A stretch of 64,000 nucleotides of DNA, taken from positions 1,022-65,021 of the forward strand of contig QYQK01000012.1 of NCBI GenBank assembly GCA_007280935.1. The letters run 5' to 3'. The notes below the pieces were generated by a model. It was not told the origin of the DNA. It saw only the letters and a list, made by a program, of their open reading frames with translations, and did not search any database. Below are positions 1-13,221 of this stretch, piece by piece (positions within the stretch are counted from its first letter, which is position 1; each line of letters opens with the position of its first letter). This DNA comes from Opitutales bacterium (GTDB lineage Bacteria > Verrucomicrobiota > Verrucomicrobiia > Opitutales > UBA953). Made by a program: the position numbers and the translations under genes.

Positions 1-1
1 C

Positions 2-403
2 CTTAGCGGCGGTTGGCGACGCGATGGGTTACTGTTACTCGGTCTGCTGATCTCGGCTGGGGTTGCGGCCGGAGATTTTGCATCGCATTCGCCGACGGCC
101 GATCTGCGGGCTTTTGAGGCGAGCACGGCCCGGTTTAAAGCAGCTTACAATGGTGGGCCGTTCTACGTTGCCATCGAGGACGGTCACTATTGGCCGCTCC
201 CTTATTACCTGCGGCATTATCAGGTTGGGTATGGCGATTTCCCAGACGCGGCCAAGGCTCCGCTGCGGTTGATTCTGGCGAATGATACAAGTGAGCCGAA
301 GGTGGCTGGTTATGCCGTCCATCGGCTGAATCTGCGTAAAGATGGCACTGAATATTGGGTGTTAGTTGCCAAGGAGTACGAAAGCGTTTTTAATCGGCCC
401 TAA
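2..403 (+). CDS. C-terminal end of an unidentified protein, 5'-truncated by the window edge
   Basis: Frame 2 is open from the window edge to TAA at 401-403. It is absent from the ORF track because there is no start codon in the window. It starts with a hydrophobic helix (GLLLLGLLISAGVAA), then ...EDGHYWPLPYYLRHYQVGYGDF...EYWVLVAKEYESVFNRP*. Function not recognised with confidence. Confidence 0.5.
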   Translation, partial: LSGGWRRDGLLLLGLLISAGVAAGDFASHSPTADLRAFEASTARFKAAYNGGPFYVAIEDGHYWPLPYYLRHYQVGYGDFPDAAKAPLRLILANDTSEPKVAGYAVHRLNLRKDGTEYWVLVAKEYESVFNRP

Positions 404-407
404 CCCT

Positions 408-1322
408 ATGAGTGCCGGCCCCACGATTCATAACTTTTCTCACGAGGCGCTGCAGTGTCGCTTTTGGATCCGCATCGCCGATGAGGATGCGGTCTACGCG
501 CGGAATGCCGCCGAGGCGATCTTTCAGCTGCTGGATGACTTGGATTTCCAGACGGACTTAAGGCACGACAGCGGGCCGGTTGCTTCCATCAACTCCATGC
601 CCGAGGGAGCCATGGTAGCCGCCTCGGATCATATCCGAGCGCTTTGGGGTTTTGGTGAAACGATGGGCGAGGAGTCGGCTGGAGCCTTCAATGTCACCGC
701 CGGAAACCTTTTCAAATATTGGAGTAAGCGTGGCGAACTCCCGTTCAACCAGGACGACGCTGAGTGGGGGCAAGTCGTCAATGCGACCCGCGAAGGCAAA
801 TTTAAACTCGAAGGCTGTGAGCTGACGTGCGTTAAGGCTGGCGCGGCGGTCGACTTCGGTGCCATCACCCGGGGTTATGCCTTGGACCGGATGGCCGATA
901 TGCTGGAAAGCAATTGGGGTATTCATCGGGCCTTACTTATGGCTTCCGGGAGTGTCACGCTCGCCCTCGACCCGCCGGGCGATAGCTCGGGGTGGAGAAT
1001 CGGCGTCGGCTCTCGTTCCGAGATCAAGCTCTGCCGTTTTGCTTTCGCCAGTAAGTCCACGCAGGATCGTCACGGCAACTTGGTTGACCCCCGCACTGGC
1101 TTGGCGGTTCAATTAAGTTCGCCGGTGAGAGCAATCGCGAATTCAGCCATGGAGGCCGAGGGATTGGCGATGGCCGCCGCGGTGCTGAGTGTCGCGGAGC
1201 TCGAGGAGTTGCTGAATCGCGGATGCAGCCGAGGTGCCTGGCTGCCCGATGACTCTCGCTTAGGTTCGATCACTTATTTTGAAGTGACGGAGCGGCCCGA
1301 AAACCAAGAGACTACGGCTTAA
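408..1322 (+). CDS. apbE: ApbE-family FAD:protein FMN transferase (probable)
   Basis: ORF 366..1322. The ATG at 408 lies 4 nt after the upstream TAA. The FSHEALQCRFWIRI and ITRGYALDRM motifs resemble the ApbE family, recognised from memory. Confidence 0.65.
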   Translation: MSAGPTIHNFSHEALQCRFWIRIADEDAVYARNAAEAIFQLLDDLDFQTDLRHDSGPVASINSMPEGAMVAASDHIRALWGFGETMGEESAGAFNVTAGNLFKYWSKRGELPFNQDDAEWGQVVNATREGKFKLEGCELTCVKAGAAVDFGAITRGYALDRMADMLESNWGIHRALLMASGSVTLALDPPGDSSGWRIGVGSRSEIKLCRFAFASKSTQDRHGNLVDPRTGLAVQLSSPVRAIANSAMEAEGLAMAAAVLSVAELEELLNRGCSRGAWLPDDSRLGSITYFEVTERPENQETTA

Positions 1323-3060
1323 GCATCGCTTCGATGTCTTTCAGCAGTTCGGTCCGGTTTAAAGAATATAAATAACTATCCGAACCGAGGCGCCGCAGGG
1401 CGACTTCGAGTAGATCTTGGGGAGGTCGCCGGGTGCTCATCAGGCGACGTAGATAGACTTCAAGGTCGTTGGAGATACGCGGATTGGCGAGTTTGAAGCG
1501 GACAATCTGCATCAGGACAGCCTGATTGCTTTCATTGAGTAAGTGGGCCTGAACCAAGACACTGTTAGCTTCGTCGAAGTGTTGCGCCGCAATCAGTTTG
1601 CGGCTGGCGGAAATCAGTAGCTGGGGTGGAATATTTTTATTCAGCATCAACTTTTGCAGGTTAATCGAGCCGATTTCTGGCTGATTATCATTGAAATAAG
1701 CGATGGTGCGGAGGGCTTCGAAGGCGATCAGCGTTTCGGCTACCCATTGTTCGCGTTCGGCCCGCTTATAAAGATCATCGACAATCAGAATCGTTTCCCG
1801 GGCGCGTCCGGCGTTGATTAGGCATTCGACGTGGATGAGCGTGAAACGAATGCGATTGGGGAAGCGCTGTTCTTCCGCTATTTTCATGATGCGCTCGGTC
1901 AGGAGGGGGTCGGCGGTGTCATTGCCGTAGCGGCTGAGGTCGAGCATTGCCTGTTCTTCTTTAGAGAATGTCGCGATGACCCGGGCAATCAACGCTTCGC
2001 GCTTCTTCTTGAGACCTTCGCCCGGGAGGAGGTATAAGGACTGGATAACGGGGGCGAATTTGGTCGGATCATTAATCGAGAGGAGATCCAGGCAGTCTCT
2101 CGCGCCGTCGAGGTTCCCCGATTCTTTCAGCCACCGCGCTTTCATTTCTAGCAAGCGGTTGGCGGATGGAAAAGAACGCAGGGCGGAGTTCAGTATTTCT
2201 AAGGCGGCATCATGATCCCCGTTTTCCCATAACACCTGACAGTTGAGTAGATAGCCTTCGGCGGTGCGGTCTAACCGATTTAAGCGAATGAGATTAAGGG
2301 TCTCAGCGTAATCTCCGCGCAAGAAGTTGGCTTGGGCCTGGGCGATGTGCAGGTCGCTGCGAATATTTCCATCCAAGCCTGGGTCCTTGGCGTATTTATT
2401 AGCACAGTCGATGATGCGTTTGTCTTGATCGAACATGAAGCACCGGTAAAGGTACATCCGGAAATGTTCGCGGTTGTGTTTGGCGAAATCGAGTGAGTCT
2501 TCAAGTAATTGGTAAGCGTCTAGCGGTCGACCAAAGGCGAAGAATAAATCCGCGCACATTCTTTGCGCTTCCAGGTTAGTCGGCGTCATGCTGGCGCCTG
2601 TCCCGATGTATTTAGCGAACTCCGCGTAATCCTGACGCTCCAGGGCAGCCTTGGCGATGATCACGTAGTATTCTCCTTTGCGTCGAAGGTGAGCGTCCTT
2701 GCCGTAGTCATCGATGCGGCTGGCCAACTTGGCGCGCTCATCAATTTTAATCTGAGCCTTTGACTTGAAGAAATTACGGAAACGTTCGGTGATCGTATCC
2801 GGGTAATAAAGGTACATGTCGGCCCGGCGGGTGGTCGCGATACCGCTCATGTATTTCTGACTAAAGTAGTAGGTTTCGGCGGTGAGCACCCATAGCGCCA
2901 AGAGGAAAAAGGGGAGGAGCAGAAAGAACCTTCCCCAAGCGATGCGATATTTACGGTCTTTATAGCCGTTTAAATCAACGATGATGAGGCCCAGGAATAG
3001 GCGAATGCTGGAGCGCGACTGCTGGTTCTGTCCGTAGACGTAGTTTGGGTCGGCCGCCAT
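1312..3060 (-). CDS. Membrane-anchored TPR-like helical-repeat protein, function unknown
   Basis: 582-aa ORF with an ATG start. One N-terminal hydrophobic helix (FFLLLPFFLLALWVL) is followed by long helical-repeat sequence. The 3' end overlaps apbE by 11 nt. Confidence 0.6.
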   Translation of the reverse strand: MAADPNYVYGQNQQSRSSIRLFLGLIIVDLNGYKDRKYRIAWGRFFLLLPFFLLALWVLTAETYYFSQKYMSGIATTRRADMYLYYPDTITERFRNFFKSKAQIKIDERAKLASRIDDYGKDAHLRRKGEYYVIIAKAALERQDYAEFAKYIGTGASMTPTNLEAQRMCADLFFAFGRPLDAYQLLEDSLDFAKHNREHFRMYLYRCFMFDQDKRIIDCANKYAKDPGLDGNIRSDLHIAQAQANFLRGDYAETLNLIRLNRLDRTAEGYLLNCQVLWENGDHDAALEILNSALRSFPSANRLLEMKARWLKESGNLDGARDCLDLLSINDPTKFAPVIQSLYLLPGEGLKKKREALIARVIATFSKEEQAMLDLSRYGNDTADPLLTERIMKIAEEQRFPNRIRFTLIHVECLINAGRARETILIVDDLYKRAEREQWVAETLIAFEALRTIAYFNDNQPEIGSINLQKLMLNKNIPPQLLISASRKLIAAQHFDEANSVLVQAHLLNESNQAVLMQIVRFKLANPRISNDLEVYLRRLMSTRRPPQDLLEVALRRLGSDSYLYSLNRTELLKDIEAMLKP

Positions 3061-3116
3061 GGTTCGGGTGATAATCTGGGGTCCAGTTTGACGGGCAAGA
3101 ACGGATTGCTTTTACC

Positions 3117-5132
<2,016 letters not shown>

Positions 5133-5315
5133 GTCAGCACCTTTGTGATTCGCTGGCGGGGTGCAACAAAGACTCTTTATAACCCTTCGACTTGCAGGGA
5201 AGGGGTGATGGGATAAATCTCAGGGAATGTCTTTAGGCCACCCCGGCACCCTTCACGATTTAATCCAAGCTCCTGAGGCGTGCGTTTGGCCTCCTTGCGC
5301 TTAAGCAACCGAGGT

Positions 5316-7049
5316 ATGTCAATCATCCGAATACTTGATGTTACCGTGGCGAATCAAATCGCCGCTGGTGAGGTCGTCGAACGGCCGGCAGCGGTCATCA
5401 AGGAACTTTTAGAGAACGCTTTGGATGCCGCGGCCACGCGCGTCGTCGTAGATTTTTCCCGCGGCGGAAAGGCTTTGATGATTGTCGAGGACGACGGCAA
5501 AGGGATGACTTCCGATCAAGCTATTTTGAGTTTGGAGCGGCACGCCACGAGCAAAATTCGTCTAGCATCGGACCTTGATCGGATTGCGACCTTCGGTTTC
5601 CGCGGAGAAGCCCTGCCTTCGATTGCGAGCGTGGCGCGTTTTACGATGCAGACAAGGCCGACAGAAGCTTCGGCCGGTACGGAAATTTTGGTGATCGGTG
5701 GCAAGCTGGTGCATCGCAAGGACCATGGGATGGCGCCAGGCACGCGCATAGAGGTCGCAAACTTATTTCATCCGGTACCGGCCCGGCTTAAGTTTCTTAA
5801 GTCCGACGAGACCGAGGCTGCCCATATCGTCAGGCTGGTGCGGCTTTATGCCGTCGCACACCCCGAAGTCGGTTTCCTGCTGCGGGAAGACGGGCGGGAG
5901 ATTTTCCGTTCCCCGGGTAATGCACCTTTGCTCGAGCGGGTTCGGGAAATCTGGGGACGACAGGTGGCCGAAGAGGTCACAATCATGCCGACGTTTGCGC
6001 GCCCTGGCATGAGGCTGACCGGTCTGTTAGGAAAACCTGGGGTAAGCCGCGGCACCCGGCAGGATCTGATTACGGTCGTGAATGGACGTCCCGTAGATAG
6101 CCGGACGATGTCCTACGCCTTGACGGAAAGTTATCACACGTTGATTCCGAAGGGTAGGTATCCGTTGGCGTTTGCATTTCTCGAAATCGATCCCGCCTGG
6201 GTCGACGTCAATGTTCATCCGGCAAAGCGCGAAGTGCGCTTCCGGGATGAGGCGAAGGTGCGAAACTTCTTAATCGAATCAGTCTTGGCCGTCTTGCGAT
6301 CAAGCGGCGGTGACGGTTTGCCCGTCCAGACGATTCCAGCGGTGACGCCCTCCGCTTATTTGGCCGAAAGGTCGCCACTTGCGATCGCAGGTCCGACTTA
6401 TGTTCCTTCGGTGGCGAGTAGTCCGCCGACGGAAGCTGGACAGCCTGCGAACGTATCTGACCACGCGCCAGCGGTTCGGCTGGGCTGGCGCTTATTGGCA
6501 AGGTTGCGCGCGGAGCGAGCGGTCTTCGAGACGCCAACCGGGCTGGCAATCCTTGACTTGGGCGCCGCGCATCAGCGCATTCTTTACGAGTCGATCCTTG
6601 CGCAGTTCTCCCGGCAAGAATCTGTCGCCCAAGTTTTACTGGTACCGCTTAATATCGAATTAGAACCCTTGCCTGCGGCGGTTTTAAAAGAGCAAATGGC
6701 GTTGATTACTAAGGCCGGATTTGCATTCGAGGAATATGGCAGAAACTTTTGGCGCATCGCGGCGCTACCCGCATGGTTGGCGCCGGAAGATTGCCTAGGA
6801 TTCATCCGTGATATGTTGGCCGAGATGGCCCGACGGGAAGGGGATTTCGGAAAGCCCACGCTGGCCTATGATGCGTTGGCAAAATTAGCCATTCAGCGGG
6901 CTCGCCGTAGGGGCGATGCGCTCTCTGATCTGGAATTAGCCCAGCTCGTACAGGCGCTTTTTGCGACGACGCAGCCCGGGACTTGTCCGCGTGGGCGCCG
7001 AACTTATATTGAATGGACCGATTCTGATCTGACCCGTCGCTTGGGTTAA
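5316..7049 (+). CDS. mutL: DNA mismatch repair protein MutL
   Basis: ORF 5280..7049. The ATG at 5316 gives MSIIRILD...VANQIAAGEVVERPAAVIKELLENALDA, a GHKL ATPase N-terminus typical of MutL. Confidence 0.9.
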   Translation: MSIIRILDVTVANQIAAGEVVERPAAVIKELLENALDAAATRVVVDFSRGGKALMIVEDDGKGMTSDQAILSLERHATSKIRLASDLDRIATFGFRGEALPSIASVARFTMQTRPTEASAGTEILVIGGKLVHRKDHGMAPGTRIEVANLFHPVPARLKFLKSDETEAAHIVRLVRLYAVAHPEVGFLLREDGREIFRSPGNAPLLERVREIWGRQVAEEVTIMPTFARPGMRLTGLLGKPGVSRGTRQDLITVVNGRPVDSRTMSYALTESYHTLIPKGRYPLAFAFLEIDPAWVDVNVHPAKREVRFRDEAKVRNFLIESVLAVLRSSGGDGLPVQTIPAVTPSAYLAERSPLAIAGPTYVPSVASSPPTEAGQPANVSDHAPAVRLGWRLLARLRAERAVFETPTGLAILDLGAAHQRILYESILAQFSRQESVAQVLLVPLNIELEPLPAAVLKEQMALITKAGFAFEEYGRNFWRIAALPAWLAPEDCLGFIRDMLAEMARREGDFGKPTLAYDALAKLAIQRARRRGDALSDLELAQLVQALFATTQPGTCPRGRRTYIEWTDSDLTRRLG

Positions 7050-9035
7050 TCAACGCCGGCTTTTGCGGCGTTTGGCTGGCGCGGGCTTCCCGGTGCGAAG
7101 CGATTCGATTTGATCACGCAAGACGGCCGCACGCTCGAACTGCAATTCATCGGCTGCCGTGAGCATTTCGGATTCCAAATCCGAGAGTACGCGCGCGATA
7201 TCGCGGTCATCGGTACCTTCGGCGACCGCCAAGACGTCTTCCGCTTCTTCATCCACCAGACTTTCCTCGATTGGTCGCATCGTGCCTTTAGGCGTGATGC
7301 CGTGTTTAAGGTTATAGGCCTCTTGGCGTTTTCGACGGTCAGCGCAAATGGTCATGGCGCGGGTAAGTGACTTCGTCATCACGTCGGCGTAGAGGAGGAC
7401 TTTGCCGTCAACGTGACGTGCCGCTCGACCCGAGGTCTGAATGAGGCTCGTTTCGCTGCGCAGGAACCCTTCTTTATCCGCATCAAGGATGCCGACCAGG
7501 GCGACTTCGGGCAGGTCGAGGCCTTCTCGAAGTAAGTTTACACCGACAAGGACGTCAAATTGTCCCGCCCGCAGGCGACGAAGGATTTCGACGCGTTCGA
7601 TGGCATCGATGTCAGAGTGGAGGTATTCCACTTTTAATCCGCTATCGCGCATGAAGTTGGAAAGTTCTTCCGACATCCGCTTAGTCAACGTCGTGACGAG
7701 GGTGCGAAAACCTTTGAATGCGACGGCTTTGGCTTCGCCGATGATATCTTCGACTTGGCCGGCGATGGGGCGCACTTCCATGATAGGATCCAGCAGCCCC
7801 GTCGGCCGAATGACTTGTTCGGCGATTACCGAGGATACCGCGTATTCATGGGGCGCCGGCGTCGCCGATACGTAGATAATCTGCTCCGTCACGGCATCAA
7901 ATTCATCCGGCATCAAGGGCCGATTCTCCAGGGCGGAGGGCAGGCGGAAGCCGAACTCCACCAGCCGCTCTTTGCGCGCCCGGTCACCGTGATACATGCC
8001 GCGAATCTGGGAGACCGAGACGTGGCTTTCATCGATGAAGACCAGCCGGTCTTTGGGGAAGAAGTCGAGCAAGCAGCAAGGGCGTTCGCCCGCCTTGCGC
8101 CCTGACATATGGAGGGAATAATTCTCCACCCCGGAGCAGAAGCCAGTCTCCCGCAACATCTCCAAATCGTGTTCGACTCGCATCCGAATACGTTGGGCTT
8201 CGACCAGTCGGTTATTCTTTTCAAAAAAATCCACCCGGGCTTCAAGTTCGGTGCGAATCGCCGCCGCCGCGGTTTTGATGCGTCCCGGCGCCGTGACGTA
8301 TTGGTTGGCCGGATAAAGATCAAACATCTCCAAGGATTTCCCCGGCTTCACGCTCACCGGATCTAGTTCCCGGATGGCTTCCAGCGTATCGCCCCAGAAC
8401 TCTAGGCGCACCGCAGACTCCATGTAGGCGGGCCAGACATCGATGGTTTCCCCGCGAGCCCGGAAGGAACAACGCTCCAAGATCGCATCATTCCTGGAGT
8501 ATTGATTGTTCACCATTTTCGTCAGCAGTTCGTCGCGCCGTAGGGTCATGCCGACCTTCAGGGGCACCATCATCGCCATGAAGTCTTCCGGCGAACCGAG
8601 GCCGTAGATGCAGGAAACCGAAGCGATGACGATAACGTCGCGCCGTGAAAGCAAGGCGCTGCTGGCGCTGATGCGGAGCCGCTCGATGTCTTCGTTGATC
8701 GCCGAATCTTTTTCGATGAACGTATCCGTCTGCGGAACGTAAGCCTCCGGTTGATAATAATCATAATAACTGACGAAATACTCGACGGCGTTCTCGGGGA
8801 AGAAATTCTTGAATTCAGAGTAGAGCTGGGCAGCCAAGGTCTTGTTGTGCGAGATAATCAGGGCGGGCCGTTGTTGGCTCGCGATGAGGTTGGCCATCGT
8901 AAAGGTCTTGCCGGAGCCCGTTACGCCGAGGAGCGTCTGGCGAGCGTTACCCGCTTGGAGGGAGGCCTCCAGGGCGGCGATGGCGGCGGGCTGGTCGCCC
9001 GTGGGGCGATACGGAGAATGTAGTTTAAACTCCAT
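7050..9035 (-). CDS. uvrB: Excinuclease ABC subunit B
   Basis: ORF 7050..9065. The internal ATG at 9035 gives MEFKLHSPYRPTGDQPAAI, with GVTGSGKTFT and the C-terminal UVR motif ELQFERAAVLRDQI. The stop abuts the mutL stop. Confidence 0.95.
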   Translation of the reverse strand: MEFKLHSPYRPTGDQPAAIAALEASLQAGNARQTLLGVTGSGKTFTMANLIASQQRPALIISHNKTLAAQLYSEFKNFFPENAVEYFVSYYDYYQPEAYVPQTDTFIEKDSAINEDIERLRISASSALLSRRDVIVIASVSCIYGLGSPEDFMAMMVPLKVGMTLRRDELLTKMVNNQYSRNDAILERCSFRARGETIDVWPAYMESAVRLEFWGDTLEAIRELDPVSVKPGKSLEMFDLYPANQYVTAPGRIKTAAAAIRTELEARVDFFEKNNRLVEAQRIRMRVEHDLEMLRETGFCSGVENYSLHMSGRKAGERPCCLLDFFPKDRLVFIDESHVSVSQIRGMYHGDRARKERLVEFGFRLPSALENRPLMPDEFDAVTEQIIYVSATPAPHEYAVSSVIAEQVIRPTGLLDPIMEVRPIAGQVEDIIGEAKAVAFKGFRTLVTTLTKRMSEELSNFMRDSGLKVEYLHSDIDAIERVEILRRLRAGQFDVLVGVNLLREGLDLPEVALVGILDADKEGFLRSETSLIQTSGRAARHVDGKVLLYADVMTKSLTRAMTICADRRKRQEAYNLKHGITPKGTMRPIEESLVDEEAEDVLAVAEGTDDRDIARVLSDLESEMLTAADELQFERAAVLRDQIESLRTGKPAPAKRRKSRR

Positions 9036-9037
9036 GC

Positions 9038-9703
9038 TTAATCGAGTCGGCCGCGAACGAGCCATTGCGGGTCGACTTCGGAGAGGTCACGTAGAATGCG
9101 ATGCGCACCGATCGGCTCGAGCTGAGCTCGCGTGTGGGTCGTCGCCAGCGCCACGGTGATGAAACCTCCGGCGAGGCCGGCTTGAATTCCGGAGAACGAG
9201 TCTTCAAAGACAAAAGATGAGGCCGGTTCGCCTCCGCCCAGAGCGCAAGCTTTGAGAAAGACTTCAGGGTCAGGTTTGCCGCGGGTGACATCCTCGCTGC
9301 TAATCGCGCCGTCGAACAAATGGCCGAGACCGAATAGTTCGAACGAAAGCTGCAGGTTGGCCTTGTGCGTCGAAGTGCCGATGACGCATCGAATCCCAGC
9401 TTGGCCCAGCGCCGTGGTTAACTCGCGCACTCCCGGTAAGAGGCGGACATTTCCTTGGCGGGCGATTTCCCGATACAGGTCTTCTTTCTTATCGGAGAGC
9501 CTTTTGATTTCTGCCGGATCTCTCGACCAGCCCAGGATTTCCGGGATGATGAATTCATTCCGTTTACCGAAACCGCGGATGAAGTGATCGGAGGGGAGCG
9601 TGAGATGCTCGGCCACGGCGAGGACTTCCCAAGAGCGTTCATGGGCTACGGATGAGTCAATGACGACTCCGTCCCAATCAAAGACCGCGACAGTTTTGGA
9701 CAT
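9038..9703 (-). CDS. HAD-IA family hydrolase (beta-phosphoglucomutase-like)
   Basis: 221-aa ORF. It has the VFDWDGVVIDS motif I, and its stop lies 2 nt before the uvrB ATG. Confidence 0.8.
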   Translation of the reverse strand: MSKTVAVFDWDGVVIDSSVAHERSWEVLAVAEHLTLPSDHFIRGFGKRNEFIIPEILGWSRDPAEIKRLSDKKEDLYREIARQGNVRLLPGVRELTTALGQAGIRCVIGTSTHKANLQLSFELFGLGHLFDGAISSEDVTRGKPDPEVFLKACALGGGEPASSFVFEDSFSGIQAGLAGGFITVALATTHTRAQLEPIGAHRILRDLSEVDPQWLVRGRLD

Positions 9704-9708
9704 TTAAA

Positions 9709-11187
9709 TCAGTGTTTATCCCAAGCCAGCGTGACTTTGACGGGGCGATAATCCCAGACGTTCAGCGGTTCGAAGATCTGGCCCGGAGCCAGGATGCCAT
9801 TGGGGTCAAGGGCGAGCTTGATGGCGCGCATCGCTTGGATCTCCGCGGGCGTGTGTTGTAGGGAAAGGAAAGGCGATTTGGCGATGCCGATACCGTGTTC
9901 GCCGGTAATGGCGCCGCCGAGTTCGACGACTTTCTGCATGACCTCATGGATTGCTTTTTCGGCCAGACGGCAGTGTTCGGGATTATCCCGATTGTACATG
10001 ATGTGGACGTGGAAATTCCCATCGGCGGCATGTCCAAAGGTGGGCGTGGCCAACCCGGTCCGGTCGCGCACTTCACGGGTGTAGCGGATGAGGGCGACAT
10101 AACTCTTGAACGGTACGACGATGTCTTCGTTGAGTTTCGCATTACCCAAGGAGTACATCGCCTGCGAGCAAGTCCGACGAATATCCCATAAGGCTTCGGC
10201 TTCGCTTTCGCTTTCCGTTTCGCGGAAAGCCACGGCGTGGCGGTTAATCCACGCTCTAACTTTGATGGCGTCCTCAGCGAGGGCGGCGGGGTGCCCGTCG
10301 ATTTCTACGAGTAGAAGGGCGTGGGTCGCGGGATTACCCTTTAATTCTTCGGTCGCAAAGACCCGCTTGGCCCGCATTTTTTCGGCCGCTTCCACCGTTT
10401 GCGTGTCGAGGAACTCGAATACGGATGGGTTGATGCGGAGGCCCATGAGTTCCGCCGCCGCTTCGAGGGCGCCTTCATCCGTAAGACAGGCGAGCAGGAA
10501 CGTGCGTCGGGCTAAGGGCTTATTAACCAGCTTAAGCACGGCTTTGGTGATGATGCCCAGGGTGCCTTCCGAGCCGATCCAAAGGTCGCGGATGTTGATG
10601 CCGCTCACGAATTTTCGGAGCGGAGCGGCCCAACGGACTTTTTCACCCGTGGGCAAAAAGCCTTCCAAGGCATAAACGTGGTCGCGAACAACGCCGTATT
10701 TCGCCGCGCGTAAACCTCCGGCGTTGGTGGCGATGTTGCCTCCGATGCTGCAATACTTGAGCGAAGAGGGATCGGGCGGGAAGAAAAGGCCGAAGGGAGC
10801 CGCGAGGTCGTTAATTTTTGCCGTGATGGCTCCGGGCTGGACGGTTGCCATCGCTGAGATCGGGTCGATTTCGATTTTATCCCAATGGTCGAGGTGGATG
10901 ACCCAGCCGCCTTTGATGGGAGAGCTGGCGCCGGTATTGCCGGTGCCTCGGCCGCGGACGGTGACCGGGACGCGGTGCTCGTTGGCCAACTTTAAAACAA
11001 TCCCGATGTCTGCTTCTTCTCCCGGGCGGATGACCGCTTCGGGCATGAATGAAAGGCGCATGTTGTCGAACGAAGCGGCGAAGCAGGTTGCTTCGTCGGT
11101 CCGGACCTTTTCGGCCCCAAGTTTCACAATGAGTGCCTGAGTAGCGGCGGGATGACTGTGCACAGGAGCGTTCACCCGGCTAATCAA
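9709..11187 (-). CDS. FAD-linked oxidase (GlcD / D-lactate dehydrogenase-like)
   Basis: 492-aa ORF with a TTG start at 11187 or a GTG at 11175. It shows an FAD_binding_4-like region (VTVRGRGTGNTG) and an FAD-oxidase C-terminal-like region (GEHGIGIAK). Confidence 0.8.
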   Translation of the reverse strand: MISRVNAPVHSHPAATQALIVKLGAEKVRTDEATCFAASFDNMRLSFMPEAVIRPGEEADIGIVLKLANEHRVPVTVRGRGTGNTGASSPIKGGWVIHLDHWDKIEIDPISAMATVQPGAITAKINDLAAPFGLFFPPDPSSLKYCSIGGNIATNAGGLRAAKYGVVRDHVYALEGFLPTGEKVRWAAPLRKFVSGINIRDLWIGSEGTLGIITKAVLKLVNKPLARRTFLLACLTDEGALEAAAELMGLRINPSVFEFLDTQTVEAAEKMRAKRVFATEELKGNPATHALLLVEIDGHPAALAEDAIKVRAWINRHAVAFRETESESEAEALWDIRRTCSQAMYSLGNAKLNEDIVVPFKSYVALIRYTREVRDRTGLATPTFGHAADGNFHVHIMYNRDNPEHCRLAEKAIHEVMQKVVELGGAITGEHGIGIAKSPFLSLQHTPAEIQAMRAIKLALDPNGILAPGQIFEPLNVWDYRPVKVTLAWDKH

Positions 11188-11193
11188 GCACGC

Positions 11194-13137
11194 TTAGCCC
11201 AGTTCGGCAAGCCACGCTGTCGCTTCGGCGTCCGAGGGCATTCTCCAGTCGCCGCGAGGCGAGAGGGCCACGGAGCCGACTTTAGGGCCGTCAGGCATCA
11301 CCGAACGCTTATATTGCTGGCTGAAGAAGCGGGTCAGGAAAGAGCGGAGCCAGTGGCGAATCTCGGTCTGGTCATATTTCCCAGCGAACGCGTGTTCTGC
11401 AATCCAGAGTACCTTAGAGGGGCGGAAGCCATTACGAACCACGTGATAAAGGAAGAAGTCGTGGAGTTCGTAGGGGCCAACGAGGGCCTCGGTTTGCTGG
11501 GCGATTTCACCATCGGCGCCGGGCGGAAGTAGTTCGGGGCTGATCGGCGTATTAACAATATCTTCGAGAATCGTCCGCTCGTTCCCCACGTGGCGGGCGT
11601 GTGCGGCCCACGAGACCAGATGGCGGACGAGGGTTTTGGGTACGCCGATGTTCACGTGGTACATCGAAATGTGGTCCGCGTTAAAAGTGCACCAGCCCAG
11701 CGCCGCTTCGGAAAGGTCGCCGGTCCCGACAACAAATCCTCCAACCTGGTTCGCCGTGTCCATGAGGATCTGGGTGCGCTCGCGAGCTTGGGCGTTTTCA
11801 AACGTCACGTCGTGCTTCCCGGCGGGATGACGGATATCTCGCAGGTGTTGTTCGACGGCATCGTTGATCGGGATTTCGCGGGCACTGATGCCAAGTGTTT
11901 CCATCAACCTCATGGCATTGACGCGGGTGCGGGCGGTGGTGCCCGGGCCCGGCATCGTCAGCCCGATGATGCCTTTACGATCGAGGCCCAAGCGGCCAAA
12001 GGCTTCTTGCAGGACCAAGAGGGCGAGGGTCGAGTCGAGGCCGCCCGAGACGCCGATAACTGCGTACTTGGCGCCCGTGTGGCGGAGGCGGCGGGCGAGT
12101 CCGGTGGATTGGATGGCAAAAATCTCCTGACAGTTTTCGTCGCGGCGATGCGTGTCAGTGGGAACGAAGGGGTGTTGGCTGAACCGCCGACGTAGTTTGG
12201 GCGTCTGGCCAACGGGAGTGCCGAGTTCAAAGCCTAAAACGCGAGGTTTCAGCGTGGTAGGGGTCCCGAAAAATGTGCTATTTCGGCGGCGATCGGCGTT
12301 AAGTCGGTCGACGTCTACCTGCGAAACGATTAAAGCCAGATCGAAGCGGAAGCGTTCTGATTCGCCAAGAACGACACCGTTCTCGGCGATGAGACCATGT
12401 CCGCTGTAAACAATATCCGTGCTGGATTCTCCGGCTCCGGCAGCGGCGTAAATATAAGCAGCGAGACAACGGGCGGACTGCGAACGCACAAGGTCGCGGC
12501 GATAAGCGGCTTTGGCTAAGAGCTCATCGCTGGCCGAAAGATTGCAGAGAAGGGTGGCACCGGCGAGGGCTTGGGCGCCGCTGGGGGGTTCGACGGCCCA
12601 CAGGTCTTCACAGATTTCAATGCCCACGACGCATTCCGGCAGGTCAGTGGCTTTGAATAAGAGGTCGGTGCCAAATGGAACGCTTCGTCCGAGGAGTTCG
12701 ATTTCTTGGACTGGGGCGACCCGGGCCGAGGCGAACCAACGTTGTTCGTAAAATTCCCCGGTGTTCGGTAGGTGAGTCTTGGGGACGACGCCGAGGATTT
12801 TGCCGTGGGAAATAAAGACCGCGACGTTGAAGAGCCGGCCAGAAACTTCGAGGGGCAGTCCGACCATGGCGCTTAGGCCCAACCTGCCGGTGGTCTCGGC
12901 TACCTGCCCAAGGGCCTTCAGGGCACCGTTAAGGAGGGTGCGCTGGCCGAAGAGGTCGCCACAACTATAGCCGGTGAGGCATAACTCGGGCAGGACGACG
13001 ATTTCGGCCCCCTCGAGTGCGGCCTTTTCCATCGCTTGGGAGACGAGGGTGGCATTAGCCAAAGGGTCAGCCAGTCGCAGGGCCGGGGAGGCGGCCGCCA
13101 CGGTCACAAACCCGTTCTGGTGGATGCGGTTCGGCAT
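11194..13137 (-). CDS. nadE: Glutamine-dependent NAD+ synthetase
   Basis: 647-aa ORF. It has an N-terminal CN-hydrolase-like domain and a C-terminal NAD synthetase P-loop ([10 protein letters not shown]). Confidence 0.9.
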   Translation of the reverse strand: MPNRIHQNGFVTVAAASPALRLADPLANATLVSQAMEKAALEGAEIVVLPELCLTGYSCGDLFGQRTLLNGALKALGQVAETTGRLGLSAMVGLPLEVSGRLFNVAVFISHGKILGVVPKTHLPNTGEFYEQRWFASARVAPVQEIELLGRSVPFGTDLLFKATDLPECVVGIEICEDLWAVEPPSGAQALAGATLLCNLSASDELLAKAAYRRDLVRSQSARCLAAYIYAAAGAGESSTDIVYSGHGLIAENGVVLGESERFRFDLALIVSQVDVDRLNADRRRNSTFFGTPTTLKPRVLGFELGTPVGQTPKLRRRFSQHPFVPTDTHRRDENCQEIFAIQSTGLARRLRHTGAKYAVIGVSGGLDSTLALLVLQEAFGRLGLDRKGIIGLTMPGPGTTARTRVNAMRLMETLGISAREIPINDAVEQHLRDIRHPAGKHDVTFENAQARERTQILMDTANQVGGFVVGTGDLSEAALGWCTFNADHISMYHVNIGVPKTLVRHLVSWAAHARHVGNERTILEDIVNTPISPELLPPGADGEIAQQTEALVGPYELHDFFLYHVVRNGFRPSKVLWIAEHAFAGKYDQTEIRHWLRSFLTRFFSQQYKRSVMPDGPKVGSVALSPRGDWRMPSDAEATAWLAELG

Positions 13138-13221
13138 TTAAGGCTCGGTATCAGTTTATGTTCACCGTTGACCCTTAGGGAGGCAACCCGAAAGGTCTTT
13201 AATCCCCTCTACTGGGGTCTT

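Noticed and set aside
13036-13221. 62-codon N-terminal extension of thrB overlapping the nadE start
   Set aside because: The extension ([23 protein letters not shown]...) is not protein-like and lies antisense to nadE. The ATG at 13222 gives the conserved homoserine kinase N-terminus (VFSPATVANVACGFDVLG).
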